Of a DNA stretch of 64,000 nucleotides, positions 61,182 through 64,000 are shown in pieces. The notes below the pieces were generated by a model. The model ran no database searches and was not told the DNA's origin. It saw only the letters and a list, made by a program, of their open reading frames with translations. A program made the position numbers and the translations under genes. Source of the DNA: Hemiscyllium ocellatum (lineage: Eukaryota); contig NC_083409.1 of the NCBI RefSeq assembly GCF_020745735.1, positions 15,781,873 to 15,845,872 of the forward strand. The letters are read 5' to 3'. Position 1 is the first letter of the stretch, and every line of letters starts with the position of its first letter.

Positions 61182-64000
61182 GTACTTGAACATGTAACAG
61201 GTGTCTGGAAATGCAAACAATTCAGTGTTGACTGCTTCTCACCGTGCAATAAGAATAAACAAATTATAATTATAAAGTGCCTTTAACATTGAAGCCAAAC
61301 CTCTCCCCACCCCTGCCCTGTTCTGTTCCACCGGTAAACTGCCCCACTCAACAAAAGCACACCATGAAGATGTCATCATGAAAATCAATGGCAGGCCCAG
61401 ACCATGGGGACAGTAGAAGGTACAGTTTTAGAAGCAAAAACATAGTTTGCTGGCGACACTCAGCAGCATCTGTGAGAAAAAAGAAGAGTTAACATTTCAG
61501 AGATTCTTTAGAAAACCTGGACAGATTGTAAGACCTTAAGGACTGAATTCTAAAGACTGAGACACACAACTTGATGGAGTGGGGTTGAACAAGATGACAT
61601 CAGGAATGTAGATGATGAGGGAGGTTATAGGGCTGGAGCAGGTTACAGGAATGGGACAAAGGGAGGTCATGCTGACTTTGATTTGGGTGAGTAAGTTTGG
61701 AAGGTTGCAGGTTCCTGTGTTTTTACCTCTTGGAATTCTGTGTCTTAAGAGTCAGAAATCTTAATCAAAATAATCCTTGCTATTGTTCTTAGTTACTTGT
61801 GCAAGCTTGCTCCTGTGATTTAATGCCTTAATGACAAGTCGTGAATTTGCATTCTGTAATTCTGGTGATCTCGAGGTGGGCCATAAAGGCCGGCTTGCTG
61901 GCATAGTCCTCAACCCAAGAACAATTCAAAAAAAGGCTGCAGTCCATTTTAGTGTCTGATTGACAGTGGCTCCTTCAACTATTGACCATCCAGGCACTGA
62001 CATTTGTTTACTGAACCTGAATGTGTCTCTGTCTTTCTTCAAAAAGCTCCTTAAAAACTATGTTTTATCTGAGCACTTCTTATGTGGCTACTTGCCATAT
62101 TCTGTAATCATGTTCCTGTCAACATCCATGGGATGTTATAGTATAAAGGTGTGATACAAATGTCAGTTTATCTCATTGTGAATGCAGCTGCCTCTGAATG
62201 AAAACATTTTTGTTTCAAGCCCCATGCTTCGACTTGAATGTAAGCCGACCATACGCACTCAATCTAGAGCAGGACTGCTGCATTCTTAGAGATGACACCT
62301 TTCAGGCAAGACGTTAAAGCAAGTTCCCATCTTCTATTCCAGTGGATAGAGAAGATCCGTTTTAATACTTGAAGAAGTCTAAGGGAGTTCTCCTGTTATC
62401 CTGCTCAATATGAATTCCTCACTATTGTAGATGCTGTCTTTTTAGGAGCTTGTCAAAAGGCCCTTCTTCGACAGCATGACTATATTTTGAAAGAACTCCA
62501 TTAGTTGAGAAGGACTTTGCAATGACCTGAAGATGTCAATGACACCGTGAAAACTTTAGCTTCTTTAAACGGCAGTTTTTGCTTCAGATTGTCCTCATCT
62601 GAGGAACACAGCGCAGAACTGCCTCTGATGCCATATTTACGATTTCTTTGGTAGAACTCACAGAGAGTAGAACCATGAGGATAAGGAGTATCCACTTGAC
62701 CAATAAAGATCATGGCAATAAAAATAGACTGCAGCTTTTTTTTTAATTGTTCTTCAGTTGAGGACTATGCTAGCAAGCAATGGCCTACCGAGAGATCACC
62801 AGAATTGTGGAATGCATATTCACAACTTGTCATTGGGATATAGGAACAAGAGTAGAACAATCAGCCTCTTAATTCTCTGATGCAACCGAGTTTAAATTTG
62901 TTTATGGCGAAAAGCCCTTTCGCTTTTCATCAGCATTATCCCTCAAAACACATGCAAAATAAAAGTATCATCTCATCACAGCAATTTGCTGGAAAAAAAA
63001 CATTTAAAATAATAAAGTATCTCAAAATATTTCAAAAAAGCATCAAATGGAAAAGCTTATGCTAAGTCATGCAAGATATTCAAAATTTTGGTGAAGTTGG
63101 ATTTTAAGGAGTGTTTAAAGGAGGAAATGGGGCTGAGAGATGAACAGGTCTAGGAAAGCATTATGATGGAATACTCCCCACTTACCTGGAGGAGTGCAGT
63201 TCTAGTGACACTCAGGAAGCTCAACATCATCCATTACAAAACATCAGCATGATTTGAATCATGTCCACCACCTTAAGTGCCTATTCCCTCTGTCATCAGT
63301 ATACGGTTCAACAAGGAGCACCATCTATAAGACGCTCTGCAATACCTCATTGAAGGCTCCTTTGACAGATCTAGACTCATGACCTATTCTGTCTGGAAGA
63401 ACAGGGCGGTAAATGCCTGGGAATGCCGCATATAATTATGACTTTAAAATATATTGCTCTTCCTTTGCTGCCTACAATGGTCTGACATACATTGGGAGTA
63501 CCTTGCAGCCACATGGGTTGCCATGGTTTAAGAAGACCACTAACTTTCACCTTTTAATGCCAGTTGTGGTTGGACAGTCAGTGTCAGGGATTTCTACATC
63601 CTGAGAATGAATTAAATAATTAATTCCTGAGTTTTCAGTTCTGAATGGTCTGGTTTTTAGTTTTAAGGTTGAATACATCTCCCCATCATGGAAACAATCT
63701 CGCAATACCATGACCAGGTTAAATAAAAAAACCAAAGAACTGCAAATACTGGAAATCAAAAAAACAAAATCACACGATGACTAGGTCACTGTGCTTATAT
63801 GTGACGTTGGAGGAGAGGGAAAGGCTTAAAAGCTTGATTGTAAAACAGAAGCCGTATCAGTGAGCTGATGTTGCATGATGAAACATGATGCAAGTTGAAT
63901 GCCGTGTGCTTACTGGATCATAAGTCAATTTCACATTGCATTTTAATAGTGCTCTGTCTTTTTTTTAAAGTATCTGAATTATCAATTGCTGGACGTGAAA

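Noticed and set aside
62446-62713. Exon-like segment (acceptor at 62445) and 70-aa minus ORF
   Set aside because: The plus frame has several stops and does not match the next expected CEP350 exon; the minus ORF is unrecognised and unsupported.

Overview
Eukaryotic, repeat-rich genomic DNA from a cartilaginous fish (shark; HE1-type SINEs, CR1 LINEs and Penelope-like elements). The core is an intact, unrearranged kappa-type (type III/NS4-like) immunoglobulin light-chain cluster on the + strand: promoter, leader (7031-7079), V (7266-7564) with a perfect 12-RSS, a perfect 23-RSS plus J (8040-8074), a 10.2-kb intron and a C exon (18266-18594) with a polyA signal. A second, orphan C exon (39777-40067) is frameshifted and lies inside a mosaic of old direct and inverted segmental duplications spanning about 15.5-51.5 kb, with one 152-N gap. 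The right end holds an ERV env-TM fragment with PPT and LTR (minus strand), a ~1.09-kb tandem triplication, and five phase-compatible exons of a CEP350-like gene that continues beyond the window. Most interesting unexplained signals: a PU.1-IRF/RUNX/E-box motif cluster upstream of V, a decayed ~270-codon hydrophobic reading frame present in three paralogous copies, minimal hammerhead-ribozyme motifs in Penelope termini, an antisense leader-like exon in the J-C intron, and a possible gene-conversion mosaic in the pseudo-C. All alignments and counts were made by eye; repeat boundaries are approximate; no database search was run.
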